Shown here: one piece after another, positions 62,442-64,000 of the stretch | Numbering within the stretch: the stretch's first letter is position 1 | Layout of the letters: each line of letters starts with the position of its first letter | DNA from: a virus | Direction: 5' to 3' (one strand) | Virus record (IMG/VR): IMGVR_UViG_3300021086_000001 | DNA: 64,000 nt | Made by a program: the position numbers and the translations under genes | The notes under the pieces: model-generated | Databases searched by the model: none | Told to the model about the DNA's origin: nothing | Seen by the model: the letters and a program-made list of their open reading frames with translations, nothing else

Positions 62442-63284
62442 CTATTCCCCTCGCATGGCCTTAGCTATCCTTGTATTCGCGTGCTCTAAATCTAGCTCAT
62501 ACCTTAGCAACGGATCGCCCTGATATTTAATCTCTCTCATCCCTAGCTTTCTCCCAAGCATGATACCGTCTTGGCGTTCCGATGTGGCTAGAATCTTTCT
62601 AACTGGCATGCCTTGTCTGTGGAAGTCTGCCAGCACCTCCATAGTCCCATGTACTGTGCGAAATCCGTATGCTCTTTGTTGCCTGTGTGTCATTCCTGGG
62701 CGAGTGCCTAAGCTGATGAATAGTGAATCAATCGGATGGCCAGGGAAAGGTGTGATGATATTCTCAGAGCCAGTCACGCTATAGACACCCGATCCAGCGG
62801 GGGACTGTATGATGCTAGGCTTTTTGGCTGGCTCCATTAGATATTCTAATGCTACATCGTTAAACCAGATCAATGATGTATACCCCGTCACAATATCCTC
62901 TTGCTTCAAAACGTAGTAGGACATAGGGCTCTTGCGCCATATATCCATGCGTGTCTCAAAACTAGGAGTACCACCAACTCCATAGATAGCGACACACAGA
63001 TCAACGATACCTCTAATGTCGCTCTCACTCTGCGCCCTGCTAAACTTTGCACCTTCTAAAGAGTACAGTAACGTGAATAATTCCTTTGCTTGTGCCAATT
63101 TCTCGACCTCCTCTATGACAAAGTAACCTTCTTTGCTTCTACGATCCCCCGGAGGGATGACTTTTTCAAGTTTGAGGTGTCCTTTCCTGATTTGATCATA
63201 GAAAGTGGTTACTGGCATTCGCAGCCGCTTTGCTGCTTGGGAGCCAGTACACAACCCAGAAGGCATTTTTGATCTCTTGCTCAT
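62442..63284 (-). CDS. HTH regulator fused to a GNAT-like domain
   Basis: N-terminal GSQAAKRLRMP.TTFY; C-terminal acetyltransferase-like topology. Confidence 0.6.
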   Translation of the reverse strand: MSKRSKMPSGLCTGSQAAKRLRMPVTTFYDQIRKGHLKLEKVIPPGDRRSKEGYFVIEEVEKLAQAKELFTLLYSLEGAKFSRAQSESDIRGIVDLCVAIYGVGGTPSFETRMDIWRKSPMSYYVLKQEDIVTGYTSLIWFNDVALEYLMEPAKKPSIIQSPAGSGVYSVTGSENIITPFPGHPIDSLFISLGTRPGMTHRQQRAYGFRTVHGTMEVLADFHRQGMPVRKILATSERQDGIMLGRKLGMREIKYQGDPLLRYELDLEHANTRIAKAMRGE

Positions 63285-63334
63285 ATAAATCCTTTGGACT
63301 TTCTAGTAACTTTGTGTTATTATAACATGTTTGC

Positions 63335-63363
63335 TTGACATTGTGTTGATTGCATGGTAAAGT
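63335..63363 (+). promoter_or_regulatory. sigma70 promoter with an adjacent palindrome
   Basis: TTGACA-17-TAAAGT; TGTTAT-T-ATAACA at 63315-63327. Confidence 0.6.
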
Positions 63364-63553
63364 ACTAATTGTAAACTTTGTAGTGAACAGTAAGATTTCA
63401 TTTCGTAGTGCGTCCCCTTAGACGTCAAAATGCTGGCTCCCACCCCTTGAACGTGAAGCCAGCATCTTTGACAACAACAACTAACAGCGAACCGTTAGTC
63501 ACATTGATTGTAGCAGTGATGACGGGTCGAGTAAAGGAAAGTGAGTTCGAACT

Positions 63554-63850
63554 ATGGCAAACGACATTACATCAACAGAGTATACCCAGTATATGGCTTT
63601 AAGAGAGCAGATTAACACTGGCATTGAAGAGGCTGATAGTGAATTTATGCTCACTACTTATTCATTGCTTCGCAGTGTTATGAACAAGCGACAAAAGGCT
63701 GCTTTGCAATTGAATATCACACTGGAAAACCAGACTCTTCAGAAGAAGAAACTTGAGAAAAGAGAGCAGCTTCGTAACGCAAAAGCATCGGGTAGTAGCA
63801 CCCCACAAAGCGCACCTAGCAGGCCGACTTCTAGCAGGTCAGATTTATAA
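63554..63850 (+). CDS. hypothetical helical protein
   Basis: ORF track; AAGGA upstream. Confidence 0.6.
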   Translation: MANDITSTEYTQYMALREQINTGIEEADSEFMLTTYSLLRSVMNKRQKAALQLNITLENQTLQKKKLEKREQLRNAKASGSSTPQSAPSRPTSSRSDL

Positions 63851-63944
63851 AAGTTTTCAAACGAAAAACATTTTAGCGGCAAAATTTTCGTGAGAATGGT
63901 CTAAGACCGCCATGAGAGTGAGGCCGCTTTTTGTGCGCCTTTAT

Positions 63945-63974
63945 ACGGCCACCTAACGGCCACCTAACGGCCAC
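63945..63974. repeat. 11-bp tandem repeat
   Basis: ACGGCCACCTA x2 plus ACGGCCAC. Confidence 0.85.
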
Positions 63975-64000
63975 ATTTAACTTTTCGTTTTGAAAGTTTC

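Noticed and set aside
1-64000. CRISPR array
   Set aside because: No repeat-spacer series; all repeats found are 2-4 copies, tandem or intragenic.
1-64000. Stop-codon reassignment
   Set aside because: Conserved genes translate full-length with the standard code; all three stops are used as terminators.

Overview
The whole window reads as one tailed (siphovirus-type) phage or phage-like replicon. I found no host housekeeping genes and no att boundary. The late module runs on the minus strand from about 34.3 kb to 5.6 kb: terS, terL, a stand-alone terminase-type nuclease, portal, scaffold, capsid, neck genes, two tail-tube paralogues, a frameshifted chaperone, tape measure, a 1771-aa tail protein, fibre/spike genes, amidase and holins. 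It is flanked by early/accessory blocks made of small, apparently self-repressed cassettes (strong sigma70 promoter + operator + HTH/RHH gene). The window also holds a Xer/Cre-type tyrosine recombinase and two separate replication modules: a PrimPol-D5 helicase with GTTACA repeats, and an HTH initiator plus DnaC-like loader with internal iterons. The gene style resembles elements I associate with Ktedonobacteria (Chloroflexota); this is an impression, not a search result. Top leads: (1) TerL has an intact ATPase but a nuclease domain lacking its catalytic aspartates, and it overlaps a separate gene encoding an intact terminase-type RNase H nuclease; (2) a tRNA-like gene with the alanine identity set (G3:U70, A73) and a 9-nt non-Ala anticodon loop; (3) an acr/aca-like cassette with a shared palindromic operator, plus MazG-like, RyR-like and PNKP-like candidate anti-defence genes; (4) a leaderless antisense gene between two tail-tube paralogues. 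All family assignments come from motif recognition by eye.
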